59,322 nucleotides of DNA from a virus (IMGVR_UViG_3300020045_011589:1-59322); one strand, 5' to 3'. Shown: positions 45,631 through 55,832, numbered from the stretch's first letter. Notes: generated by a model not told the origin, from the sequence alone. Program-made: numbers and translations.

Positions 45631-46203
45631 TTAAACTATTCCTGCTTTATGATGTATTCTCGCGTGTTCTTGCCTGTTAGTTATCTGTAAATTCTCAATT
45701 CTGTTATCTAATCCATCGCCATTTATATGATGTACAATTTCGTTAGATTCCAAATAACGGCCTATGTGTTGCTCCATAACTAACCTGTGTTCTGCTACTT
45801 TGCCTTTATGAGCATTAGGATGGTTAGGTGCATAAACATATTTATGACTCCTATAAACCTCAACACCGCCTTTCCAGGCAGGATGCTTTTGCCCAACATT
45901 GAAACCCCGCTCTTTTTGTGTAGCCCTCCATTTTTCGGTTGCTCCTGGCTTTCTCATTGGATTGTCATAAATTGCTACCTGCTTTTGTAAGCGAGAAACC
46001 TTTTTGTACTTGCAAACTTTTGAACAAACTCTATTTGGATTAGTTTTATATTTAATCTCAAATATTTTTCCACATTCCTCACAAATAGCAGATCCATAAT
46101 CAACCCTTTTACTCTTAGCCAAACATTCCTTAGAGCAATAAGCTCTCGGGCGGCCCCGGCTATCTATTGCCTCTCTACCGCATTGCTTACATATTGCTTT
46201 CAT
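45631..46203 (-). CDS. HNH homing endonuclease with Cys repeats
   Basis: AEHRLVME, VHHINGDGLDNRIENL. Confidence 0.9.
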   Translation of the reverse strand: MKAICKQCGREAIDSRGRPRAYCSKECLAKSKRVDYGSAICEECGKIFEIKYKTNPNRVCSKVCKYKKVSRLQKQVAIYDNPMRKPGATEKWRATQKERGFNVGQKHPAWKGGVEVYRSHKYVYAPNHPNAHKGKVAEHRLVMEQHIGRYLESNEIVHHINGDGLDNRIENLQITNRQEHARIHHKAGIV

Positions 46204-46262
46204 TTCAATCTCCTATCCAGATTGAAAGGGGGAAAGGGATAGGCTCTCCCCCCGACAATCAA

Positions 46263-46802
46263 TTAAATTAGTCCTGCTCTTCTTGCTCCCACCCAGGGAG
46301 TCCATTTATTACCTGCTCTTTTAAAAACTATCCTTGCGCAAGCTATGTTTGTTTCTGGCTCAAGAAGCTCCTGTTTGCTTTTGCCAAAAAACCGCCCCCA
46401 CGTCTTGAAATTCAGCTGAAGAAGGCCAAAATCCTGCGTTCTACTTACAGCGTTAGGATCACCACCGCTTTCATACTTCATGGTAATTAAGGCGTTATTA
46501 ACCTCATTTGCCGGGAAGTACTTAGCTACTAGGCTTCTCCATCTCTCAACGCCATGACCGTTAGCTAGCTTTTCAGCCTTTTTCTTGGCCCTAAAAATAG
46601 CCAGTTTAGCCTCAAGCTTTTTTTCTAATTTCTCTATTTTGTTTTTGTGATCAATATTTAGTTTTCTCATCTTATTTAGTTGTTGTTCTGTTGCTTTGTT
46701 TCTCTTATTACTACGCTCTAGGTCTGCATTAGCACTTATGTTGTAAATAAAAAGTGTTGCTATTAAGAACAGAGCGATCATTGATATTACTTCGTTTCTC
46801 AA
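46263..46802 (-). CDS. Membrane-anchored lytic transglycosylase (SLT-like)
   Basis: N-terminal TM, coiled coil, ESGGDPNA, DFGLLQ.N, W.PW. Confidence 0.85.
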   Translation of the reverse strand: MRNEVISMIALFLIATLFIYNISANADLERSNKRNKATEQQLNKMRKLNIDHKNKIEKLEKKLEAKLAIFRAKKKAEKLANGHGVERWRSLVAKYFPANEVNNALITMKYESGGDPNAVSRTQDFGLLQLNFKTWGRFFGKSKQELLEPETNIACARIVFKRAGNKWTPWVGARRAGLI

Positions 46803-46854
46803 GTTAGTCTCCTTATTTCGTGTAATTGCTTACCTTAATTCGTGAGATTTGTCC

Positions 46855-47262
46855 TTAAGCCTCAACTCCTTTATGGTTGGTTGACATTGGCCCTTCTTGG
46901 TCTGTCATAGGCTCACACCTCACTTTCTTGTTGGAATTTAAATAGGCGATTAAAATAACGCAGTAATTAGCCAGGTCTAAAAGCGTGTCCTCTACGCTTT
47001 CATCTTTAACTTTGTAGGTTCCTGCCTTAAAAAAGTTGAATATCCGGCTTACCTTGTCGCTTATCCTTACTAAAATCCCTTGCTCGGTTGCTACGCCAAA
47101 GTTTTCGCACATTTTGAAATTCTTAAAAGGCTCGCCGGCTGCATAGTCGTGGCCTTTGGCATCCAAGATGGTTTGCATTTTGTTTAATATTTCCGTGTAC
47201 TCAATCATCGTAATAACCTGTACGTCCGTATTTTTGTCGTTTCGCTTCGTATTTTTTCGCAC
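46855..47262 (-). CDS. DUF1599-like (nucleotide-modification-associated) protein
   Basis: K.HDY, VRI.DK..RI, DESVEDTLLDLANY. Confidence 0.75.
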   Translation of the reverse strand: MRKNTKRNDKNTDVQVITMIEYTEILNKMQTILDAKGHDYAAGEPFKNFKMCENFGVATEQGILVRISDKVSRIFNFFKAGTYKVKDESVEDTLLDLANYCVILIAYLNSNKKVRCEPMTDQEGPMSTNHKGVEA

Positions 47263-47872
47263 TCATGCCGGTTATCTCTTCAAGCGCTTCTTTGTTGATA
47301 TTTAATGGCTTCTCAGCTTTCCTTTTTTGATGGCCCCGGATAGCCGCTTCTCTATGTTTTTGCTGTATTTCAGGCGTTCTAGGGTGTTGGCCTCTTCCGT
47401 TCTGGTTGTATCTGTCTTTAGCGTTTAATACTTCGGCAAGTTCAGGGTGCTTATTTTTCCATTTATAAAATGTTGCTGTACTTACGCCTATCTCTGTAAA
47501 TATTTCATTATTGCTTAAGCCTCTTTGGGCGAGATTTTTTATTTCTTCAAATATTTCAGGGCTGTATTTGATCCTTTTTTTATTGGCTTTAGGCTCTTCT
47601 TGGAAATTTTCAGGAAATTTTCGACCAGTTTTTGACAATGTGACTTTTGTGTCGATATTATCGGCGGGTTTGTTAATGGGGGCCTCTTCGGCTAATGGCT
47701 GTTGCTCTTTTAGCCATTTTTCAAAGCCAGATTCATTAACGCCGTTAGGGAATTGAGCCCGACCGTAAGCACACCAAGCCACCTGATAAGCATCGATTAA
47801 GATGGCTTTAATAAGCTGGTAATCAGCCTTATCAATGCCATATAATCTATCTAGTGCCTTAAGTGCTTTCAT
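47201..47872 (-). CDS. HTH-containing protein
   Basis: GLSNNEI...IGVSTATFYKWK. Confidence 0.6.
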   Translation of the reverse strand: MKALKALDRLYGIDKADYQLIKAILIDAYQVAWCAYGRAQFPNGVNESGFEKWLKEQQPLAEEAPINKPADNIDTKVTLSKTGRKFPENFQEEPKANKKRIKYSPEIFEEIKNLAQRGLSNNEIFTEIGVSTATFYKWKNKHPELAEVLNAKDRYNQNGRGQHPRTPEIQQKHREAAIRGHQKRKAEKPLNINKEALEEITGMSAKKYEAKRQKYGRTGYYDD

Positions 47873-49493
47873 TGTTTATCTGAACCTCCAAAATTTATAA
47901 ACGTTCATAGCGACAACAAAAAGGCCAAAGCCTGCATAAATCCAAAGCATTGTACTTGCTAGTTGTGCTGTCTCGGCCCAAAGCCTAGTTTCTGTCATAA
48001 CAAAATCCTTTCTGTAATAAAAAAGGACTATCAACCGGATATAATTCCGATGTGATAGCCCATGTCTCCCAAGTGCTCAAATATTTAATTAGCTGTTACT
48101 TTGTTTCTATTTGGCCTTTTTCATCCGATACTCAGCCATAAAAATTTCATTTTGAAGTATTTCTCTTGCATACTCTGCCTCAAATTGTTTGTCCATTAAC
48201 TTAATTAGATCTTTTTTCCTAATTTTATTTGCACGATCTCTGCGAACTATTAGCTCATCTAATTTCTTAGCCTTTTCCGAATAGTCCATTGTTTTAGAAT
48301 TTATGATTTCGGCACATTTTTTGTGGATAGCAATTAATTCCGTTCCTATACTAATGAGTTCATCAACCTCCATCTTGGCACGATTAGCAGCTGTAGAAAG
48401 TCGAATGTACTCTTTTTTCATAGAATCAAGAACTATTTGCTCTGCAGTTATCAATTAATCCCTCCGTAATTTTTTAGTTACATCAATACCGATGATCCGG
48501 TTATTCTTATAGATCACAAATTCTGCTTTACCATCACTTGTTAAAAAAGAATAAAGCTCAGCCAACTCCTCTGGCTTTAATCCTTTTATAAGAGCTGTCA
48601 TTACTGATTCAATTGCTGGTTTTACTGTTATCTTTGCTACATTCATTATCTGCTGCCTTTAGTTGTTCTCCGTTTAAAAAAATTTTATTTATTCTTATCT
48701 TGCTATTAATGTGTATTTCTTGAGTTATTGTTTTTATGTCCATAACTTTTTTTACTTTTATTAACCCTAATAAATACTCATTCGTTCTTTCTAATTGTGC
48801 GCATTTGTCAACCAACACTATTTTTTCATCTGGTATTGTTTGAGTACTCACTTAACCCTCCTTTAATGCTTTGATTTCTATATCTATCAAGTTACAAGCT
48901 GTGTGTCTATGGTAGTTTGGTAAGTGCCAATTTATCTTTTTCTTTAACTCTTTTACAAAATCCTCTCTAGCCTTGCGCTTCTCTTTTTCGATAAGGGCTT
49001 GGAGTTCTTTGTATCCACCAAAATAATTTCCATCATTTTTTTCAAGTATTGATGTTATATTTTGCTTTAATTCGCTCATTTAGTCACATCCTTTAAGTTA
49101 GTGCTAGCAGGGTGTCCATAAAAGCGCCTACCTAATTATGGGACGTTTTAGGGCGCAAATGCGCTCCACCAAGGCTTGTCATGTTTACACCCCACCAGCT
49201 AATCGTTTGCTATATTTTCAAGTTTATCTATAAATGATTTTTTTCCTAGCCAATCCACCAGCAGCAATAAACAGGCGTCGCAAAGACTTACCGCCCCAAG
49301 ACACCCTAATTTGGGAGACGTTAGCTTAATCATTTATTTATTCCTCTCCCTTGATGACTGCTTGATAATCTTTAATTAGCGCAACACCTAACAGCTAATA
49401 TTTTTAACATTTTGATATCAATATATAAAAGCGCTCCTAACATAAGCCAAGCCACAAACGGTACTGCTCCGATGATGATTTTTAGATATGGGT

Positions 49494-49928
49494 TCATTTA
49501 TGTTCCTTTAGTAAGTGTTTGTGTTCGTAGATATTGCCGATGATTTCAAAGGTTTCAGCAGCTATTGATGCTCTGTCGGAATAAGCTGGATATTTTTCAT
49601 CTTTGCCATGTGAAATCCACCCAGAATTAGGTATAAGTTTTACAAAAAAACCTGCTTCTTCTTCATCAAACTCAACTACCCACAAGTCAGATATAACTGG
49701 ATTTTTAACAATATCGCCCTCAAATATTTCCAAGCCGTTGCAGTCGAGTAAGCCTGTAAATTGCATAAGGATACAATCATCAGCTAATTCAATCTCTGTA
49801 TTAGGCGTGTCATAACTTTTACTTGCCTCGGTATATGCTTTGCCATCAAAAGAAATCCAATCACCATAACTATCATCAATCATTTGCTTGCGCTTTTTAT
49901 CCCAAGCCCTAAACTTAATGGTTCTCAT
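49494..49928 (-). CDS. YopX family protein
   Basis: IKFRAWD, LMQFTGL.D.NG.EIFEGDIV, EIIGNIYE. Confidence 0.92.
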   Translation of the reverse strand: MRTIKFRAWDKKRKQMIDDSYGDWISFDGKAYTEASKSYDTPNTEIELADDCILMQFTGLLDCNGLEIFEGDIVKNPVISDLWVVEFDEEEAGFFVKLIPNSGWISHGKDEKYPAYSDRASIAAETFEIIGNIYEHKHLLKEHK

Positions 49929-50742
49929 TCGCTCTCCTTTTTCTCTCCTAATTTGCTCCTAATTGCTCCTACTAGATATTTAATCCTGGCATCATCTGAT
50001 GGTAATGGTAGGCATTGATATTGATGGAATATATAATTTTTAATTGGCGCACCATACAGCCTAGTTTCTCCACCTGGGAATAAACTCTGCATAAAATTAC
50101 TTTCAGGGCTGAAAAGTAGGTCGGTCAGGCTGTACTCTGTATAACAATCCTTTGGTGGCATTGAAACAAGCTCACCATCTTTACTATATTTTGCTTTCTT
50201 CTTCATGTGAAATCTGACAGCTACTTTTCCCTTAGCAATCATCGGACTGTCTGTAGTGCTAATTTTAAATCCATCTTTATTAGCATATCCAAAGCAATCA
50301 AAGCCATTATCAACTGCCAAGCGCAATAGGTCGGCTAAGTTATTCATTGTTGACCTCGATTAGCTTGTTTTCGATTAAATAGATAAGTAATTTTGCTCTG
50401 GCATCTGCTTCGGTCTGTTCCATAAAACTAATATCTGGGTCAAAATTTCTCACAATATGACCCATCATACTTCTTCGTGTTGAAGTATCATCTGGCAATA
50501 ATTCGCCTAGCTCGGCGACCGTGTAGGCTTGGCATACTGGTTTATAGCCAGTCATTTCTGTAAAATCACTCCAATCAACAATATGAAAAACTTTAGGTGG
50601 CAAACTTTTATTTCCATCCCATATTGGAATAGCCCAATAAAAATAACTGTCATAAATAACCCTAAGCTTTTTTATATTTTCGCCAAGTTCAAAGCTACAA
50701 ACTTGTTTTTCTAGCTTCATCTGCTCCCCCAGTTCCTTAATC

Positions 50743-51240
50743 TCATAATGTATAATCTGTATTTTGAACCAACCAAGCAATTCCAACACAAACTGCATCT
50801 ACGATATGCTGGTTGCTTTTGTTGGGTATTTCTATTCGGCTCTTTAGTGCTCGTCTTAAATCGGCTTTACTACAGTTGCCTTTGCCTGTAATAAGCTTTT
50901 TAACTGTTCCAGGGTGCATAGTAGCTTTTTCTCTTTTAAAATCCTCAACAAGTAGCTCTATGATCCCCTCAACTTTAAATTTTTCAGATTTTGTATTTGA
51001 GCCATAAACAATTAGTTCTTCAAAAACTACTAAGTCAAGATAAGGAAACGATTCTATAAGGGCTTTTAGTTCATCCCTAATTTTTGCAAAACTGCCATCA
51101 AATTTAATGCTTCCAACTTCCTTTAGTTTTCGCTCACCGCTGTTACCGAAGCCAAAATAAGCCCAACCTGTAGTTTCCCCAGGGTCTAGCGCTAAAAAAT
51201 TGATTGCTGATCTCTTAGTTATCGTCATTTGTTTCCTCAA
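50743..51240 (-). CDS. ruvC: RuvC-like Holliday junction resolvase
   Basis: LALDPG..TGWA, VVFEE, VKK.ITGKGN..K, DA. Confidence 0.85.
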   Translation of the reverse strand: MRKQMTITKRSAINFLALDPGETTGWAYFGFGNSGERKLKEVGSIKFDGSFAKIRDELKALIESFPYLDLVVFEELIVYGSNTKSEKFKVEGIIELLVEDFKREKATMHPGTVKKLITGKGNCSKADLRRALKSRIEIPNKSNQHIVDAVCVGIAWLVQNTDYTL

Positions 51241-51832
51241 AATCTTCTTGATCTAATAATCCAAAACACCAAACCCAACTGCTATCATCTAAATAAAGTC
51301 TTGGATAATCCCAGATATTTTGCCCTTCTTCTTTCATGTAGCGAACTTTATCTAATGGCAATCCTGGCATATCTACAAAATGACATCTGCAATGGTAGTC
51401 TTGATAAATCAAAAACCCATAACGTCCATCTTCATCTCTTTTAGGAAGCCTCACCCAACCAACATTTTTAAGGTTGCAATCAGTTATGTAGTGATTGATA
51501 TTGTTGATAGCGTTTTCCTCTGTTGTGCTTGATACTGGCCCACTTCCTGGGTTAATAATTATTGTTTCTATCATTTAGCTGTCCTCTCTGGCTTGGATGT
51601 TGTTAACCTCTGTTTTTTCTGCGTAAAAGTTATTAACCTTTCGAAATGTTAAATTAGATGAAATATCGCCCATAATGCCCCAACCCATCCACAAAAAAGC
51701 AGCTGTATCAAGGGTTCCCTCTATGCCATTTACAGGCGTTTTGTTAAACCCAAAATAAGCGGTTTCAGCGAACCAGAGAATAAACCCGGCTATGACCATG
51801 AGTTTGTAAAAGTTTTTCTTATCTGTTTTCAT

Positions 51833-52165
51833 CTATGCCACTCCTGGTTGGTTGATATGGTTTTGTTTAATTTTCATTTCCTGATATTTAATGTGCTTAG
51901 TTAGACCTAGCTCCTCAAGTAACGGCATTAATCTTGATTTATCCGCATGGATCCAAGGCACATGGTGACAATCACAAAGAGGGATTCCGTTTTCAACTAC
52001 ATCGTCACCATTTTGACCTTTAGACCAACAATGATGAGCTTGCACTAGGTAAAATGGCGTTTGACAACCTGGAACTATGCAGCGTTTACCGAGTAAGGCA
52101 AAGACCTTTTGTGAGAATTTAGAATCCTTTGTTCTTGGGTATTTAGGGCAACTAACCATGAGCAA
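51833..52165 (-). CDS. Small HNH-like protein
   Basis: C.VPGC, AHH, N.IPLC..HH. Confidence 0.6.
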   Translation of the reverse strand: MLMVSCPKYPRTKDSKFSQKVFALLGKRCIVPGCQTPFYLVQAHHCWSKGQNGDDVVENGIPLCDCHHVPWIHADKSRLMPLLEELGLTKHIKYQEMKIKQNHINQPGVA

Positions 52166-52979
52166 CCTTTTGCTTTTGTCTGTAGCTTTCGCCTTTAAGT
52201 TCCGTGATAAAGCATCGGGCTTTTAGGCGGTCTATCATTCGTTTAGCGTAACCATCGACGCTTTCCATATCCCCTACTGTGAAATTAGAAGTAATGATTA
52301 TTGATTTGTCGTTACGTTCTCTCTCGGCTATCAGATAATCTATTTCGCTATCAGTGAACTCGCTGCGGTACTCTTGCCCTAGGTCATCAATAACAAGTAG
52401 GGTGGCGTTAACGAAGCGCCTTTTAATTAGCTCACGCTCTTTATTGGTAACGTCTTTTAGGATTTGAATTAATCTTGGAGCGGCTACAAAGGCATGGTCT
52501 GCGACATCGTTGCAAATTGACTTTGCTAAGGCTGTTTTTCCAAGTCCGGGATCACCGAGCAATAATAATCCTGTTCCTGTACCTACTAAGTTAGATAGGT
52601 TGCTGGCGGTTTCATGTGCGGCTTTAAACACTTTTGTGGTTAGCTCATATTCATCAAACCCAAGAGCGCCAACCACTTTAAATCTATCGGCTATCTGTTG
52701 TTCCTGTGTTCTGGTTACTTCTATCCGCCGGCCGTTAAATGTTTTAGATGGGTTTTTACCATAGCGGTAATAATCCCTAAAATTATGCAAGTAGATTTTT
52801 ACAAACGCTAAGGGCATATGATCGCCCCTAAACTGCTTTAGCTGGTTATAAACCTTTGGCTTTTCGCTTTCGGTAAGGTTAAGCAAAGCAACCTCTTTTT
52901 TAATCTCTTTTTCGATAGAACTTTTTTGGCCCTCTATCATTGTTTCCTCCGTCCACGCTGGCAAGTGTATTTTTTGCAT
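52152..52979 (-). CDS. DnaC/IstB-like helicase loader ATPase
   Basis: GDPGLGKT, LLVIDDLGQE, IITSN, DRL, GESYR. Confidence 0.9.
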   Translation of the reverse strand: MQKIHLPAWTEETMIEGQKSSIEKEIKKEVALLNLTESEKPKVYNQLKQFRGDHMPLAFVKIYLHNFRDYYRYGKNPSKTFNGRRIEVTRTQEQQIADRFKVVGALGFDEYELTTKVFKAAHETASNLSNLVGTGTGLLLLGDPGLGKTALAKSICNDVADHAFVAAPRLIQILKDVTNKERELIKRRFVNATLLVIDDLGQEYRSEFTDSEIDYLIAERERNDKSIIITSNFTVGDMESVDGYAKRMIDRLKARCFITELKGESYRQKQKVAHG

Positions 52980-53673
52980 TAAAGCCTCCTTTTTGGCTAT
53001 TAGAAAACCAGTTGATTAAAAACTTGGCATAGTTCTTTTTTGCTTTATTGGGATTGGCAACAAGCCAACATTTAGCAGCTTTTATTTCTTGGTCGATATC
53101 AACCGCCGGGTAAGCTTCTTTCCAAAGCTTTTTATCTTCTGCGGTTATTCCGGTAAAGGTTTTTTTCTTAAAATCGAAATCAATCTTATTAGTAGTATTT
53201 TCCTCTTCCTCTTCCTCTTCCTCTTCCGAGTTCAAACGTCCTTTGAACGCCGCTTGAACGTCGTTTAAAAGCCCTTTATCTACACCTTTTAATTGCTCAA
53301 GAACGCCGTAAAATATTTTATAATAGTCCTGGTAAAGGTAGGTTTCTGGTAGTTCGCTTATTTCGGCGGCTGCTTTTTTGGCATGATTTGCGCTTGCTAA
53401 TGGGTTGTGTTCAAACCACGATGGGATAAAAACTACTTTGGCTTTTGGATCATACTCAACAAAGCCTTTAATTTGGCCTAAATTCTCTTTTATTTTTTCT
53501 TCTTCCCACTCTAAGTCTTCTGACATATAGGGAATCGGTAGGCGATATAAACCAACAATATTGGTATGTGGATTAGTCCATAAATAGATCAATAAAAATT
53601 TGGAGTCGTCTGTTAATTCCCCAATTTTGGGATTTGTCCAAAACTTTTTATAGATCTTTGAGTATTCTGCCAA
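52900..53673 (-). CDS. Replication initiator protein
   Basis: FW...L..YL.TNPH.N..G.Y winged-helix-like N-terminus; poly-E linker; W..AYP..D / F..NW C-terminus; upstream of the loader. Confidence 0.8.
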   Translation of the reverse strand: MAEYSKIYKKFWTNPKIGELTDDSKFLLIYLWTNPHTNIVGLYRLPIPYMSEDLEWEEEKIKENLGQIKGFVEYDPKAKVVFIPSWFEHNPLASANHAKKAAAEISELPETYLYQDYYKIFYGVLEQLKGVDKGLLNDVQAAFKGRLNSEEEEEEEEENTTNKIDFDFKKKTFTGITAEDKKLWKEAYPAVDIDQEIKAAKCWLVANPNKAKKNYAKFLINWFSNSQKGGFNAKNTLASVDGGNNDRGPKKFYRKRD

Positions 53674-53746
53674 CTACTGCCCCTATCTAGTTCGATTGCT
53701 TTTGCTTACCAAGTCAGTGCTTGGTTAAATGTTAAAAATATATAGG

Positions 53747-53897
53747 CTGCTCAAGTGGGACTTGAACCCACAATCTATGGCTATCTCATATTTTCAGGTA
53801 ATTACTCCTTATCTTTTGAGAAACACCATTTGCCTTACCCGTCTAGGGTTTTAAAGCCCTCCGCCTGCGCTTGGCGTTGTCGTTTGGCTATTGAGCA
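53747..53897 (-). ncRNA. Enlarged tRNA-like RNA (151 nt)
   Basis: TGCTCAA/TTGAGCA acceptor, GCC/GGC D-stem, AGGG-CTTTAAAA-CCCT arm, ~70-nt insertion, GTGGG-TTCAAGT-CCCAC T-arm. Confidence 0.7.
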
Positions 53898-53932
53898 ACC
53901 TAATCTCTATAACGCCTCACTCGGCTTTTTAG

Positions 53933-54020
53933 CAGCGGTGGTAGGATTCGAACCTACGACCCACCCCAAAAACAAGTACTTATTTCTGGTTAGGCTCTGA
54001 CCAACTGAGCTTACACCGCC
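53933..54020 (-). ncRNA. tRNA-like RNA with the anticodon arm replaced by a long hairpin
   Basis: GGCGGTG/CACCGCT, GCTC-AGTTGGTCA-GAGC, GTAGG-TTCGAAT-CCTAC; arm CCAGAAATAA-GTAC-TTGTTTTTGG. Confidence 0.75.
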
Positions 54021-54598
54021 ATATTTAGGTGGCTGACAGGCTTTCGTGCTATAGTACTCACCTGCCAGACCGACCTAGCTTTAAACTAAGCTCCATAAAA
54101 CTAAATTTGCATATAATGTTGCTAAGGTAATAACCCCTGCTATCAATTGGCCCACTCTTTTCAGAGATCGGACTAAATTAGCCTTAATAGCAGAGGACTT
54201 TTTAATTTTTAGTCCTGTTCTTTGTCTGATACCAATTTCATTAACCAGGATTAACTCCTGGCGGTTATTGATGTAAGCGGTCATAGACTAGCCACCGCCC
54301 TAGCTGATACCTCTGGCGCATAATACCTGTAAATTCCTTTTTGCTTGTCTATGCACTGAATATCCATACCTTTGCGCCTAAGCTCTGATATCCTTGCCCT
54401 GTATTCTGTAGGGCATATCTTTAATAGCTGTTCTAAATGAACTACGTGAGCCGGAGATACGTTAAATAAATTCTTGATCTGATACTGTTGTGTTGGCTTT
54501 TTCATTGATTGAACTTTCATTTTTCTGCTATCCTTTCAAAGTTAGTTACCCGCTAACAATTGGGCTTTACCCGGCCTATATGACCGGGTATCGCTCTT

Positions 54599-55429
54599 TT
54601 ACATTTCATCAGGCCAATCGCTTGTATCTGCCTTACCTAAAGCCTTATCCACTTCCTCATCAGTGCTTAGTGCCTCGTTAAGCCTAGTTTCAACTTCCTT
54701 AGCCTTAACATCAACTTGAGGGTTAACGTCAGCCATCTTATTTAATTCACTGATTACCTTGCTGGCTTGTTGTGAGGTTAATTCTTTTGAGCTACCAACC
54801 TTGTACTCCATAGCTAAGTTCTGTTTCATCTTTTCGATGGAGATTCCTTTAGCTTGAGATATGGCATATATAGCCTTGAGTTGTGGCGCTGTAGCCATTG
54901 GAATAGTAGCCGGGTCTGGCGTTAAAGGCTTGGCCACTGACTTAGGCTTATTATTGCCTAAAGGTTTCCCCCACTCGTCAATTTCAACCCACTTAGGCGG
55001 CATACTGTAAAGGTGGCGCCCGATACCAAACTTAACCGCTGCTCTTTTAAACGAATCAGAAAATGAAGCCTTTAATGGTTCGGGTTCATTATCTCGATCA
55101 GAGTTTGGGTAACCTACATCTGATTTAGTAATCCCCAAGATAGTCAGCTGACACTCTGTAGCGCCTGTCTTTTGATCTAAGACGATATAGCTATCATGCC
55201 AATTGTTTTGACCGACAACTTCATCTAAGCGCTCCATTACGTTTCTAGCGTCTACATAGCTAGCCATTTGAGCCTTAGTGCCCTTGGGATACTTGCCACC
55301 CTCTTTTTTCTTGGTGGTGTGCATAACACGTTCTTTGATCTCATTGGTAAAAGGCTTTGCCAATTTATCCCAGAGATCGCTATTCTTTACTTGCGGCAAT
55401 TCTTTAACTGCTTGTTCCAATGCACTCAA
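54599..55429 (-). CDS. Rad52/Sak-like single-strand annealing protein
   Basis: YVDARNVMERLDEVVG..NW, KAS.SD.FKRAAVKFGIGR.LY. Confidence 0.9.
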   Translation of the reverse strand: MSALEQAVKELPQVKNSDLWDKLAKPFTNEIKERVMHTTKKKEGGKYPKGTKAQMASYVDARNVMERLDEVVGQNNWHDSYIVLDQKTGATECQLTILGITKSDVGYPNSDRDNEPEPLKASFSDSFKRAAVKFGIGRHLYSMPPKWVEIDEWGKPLGNNKPKSVAKPLTPDPATIPMATAPQLKAIYAISQAKGISIEKMKQNLAMEYKVGSSKELTSQQASKVISELNKMADVNPQVDVKAKEVETRLNEALSTDEEVDKALGKADTSDWPDEM

Positions 55430-55430
55430 T

Positions 55431-55832
55431 TTAAACTCCTTCGATTTTTAAAGATTGACTAATTTTTTCGGTCAAGGCTCCTTCAATAATTTTACGAACC
55501 TCGCCACCTTCTTTTAGCAACTCTCTGATATCTCGCCACATAGGGGTAACTTTTACCGCCTGAATAAACCTGTCTGCACCGATTAAAGGAACTAATTGAT
55601 GTATGGAATCGTCAAACTCCCTTTTGGTGATTGTTGTGATAGTTACCTTGTAGTCCCCAATCGTTCTTTTAGAGGCCTGTAACTCGTCCATGAAGCCTAG
55701 CATTTGCGCTTCAAGGTCTTTGATTTGGTGGCCGATATCTTGGCGTTGTCTTTTTAGTTCAGCTATTTTATCGACTAACTGAACTTCGTTTAAGACTTCT
55801 CCTGTTTGTGAATCTACCAATGTTTTTGACAT
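55431..55832 (-). CDS. Hypothetical early protein (recombination module)
   Basis: VD..TGEV motif, coiled coil; adjacent to the annealase. Confidence 0.5.
   Translation of the reverse strand: MSKTLVDSQTGEVLNEVQLVDKIAELKRQRQDIGHQIKDLEAQMLGFMDELQASKRTIGDYKVTITTITKREFDDSIHQLVPLIGADRFIQAVKVTPMWRDIRELLKEGGEVRKIIEGALTEKISQSLKIEGV

Noticed and set aside
46855-47262. DNA hypermodification as the purpose of the sugar cluster
   Set aside because: Apart from one DUF1599-like gene, no base hydroxymethylase, DNA glycosyltransferase or own polymerase was recognised, and CMP-nonulosonates normally go to surface structures; not strictly excluded
5450-52764. Numerous plus-strand ORFs overlapping minus-strand genes (e.g. 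5450, 6338, 9070, 23807, 33622)
   Set aside because: Antisense shadows of well-supported genes, with no RBS or recognisable motifs
53755-54000. 81-aa plus-strand ORF
   Set aside because: It is the antisense reading of two tRNA-like genes (GLEPT and GFEPTT are T-arm artefacts)
54026-54075. Possible hammerhead ribozyme (TGAG...GAAA within a hairpin)
   Set aside because: Lacks the CUGANGA core; only a simple hairpin is supported
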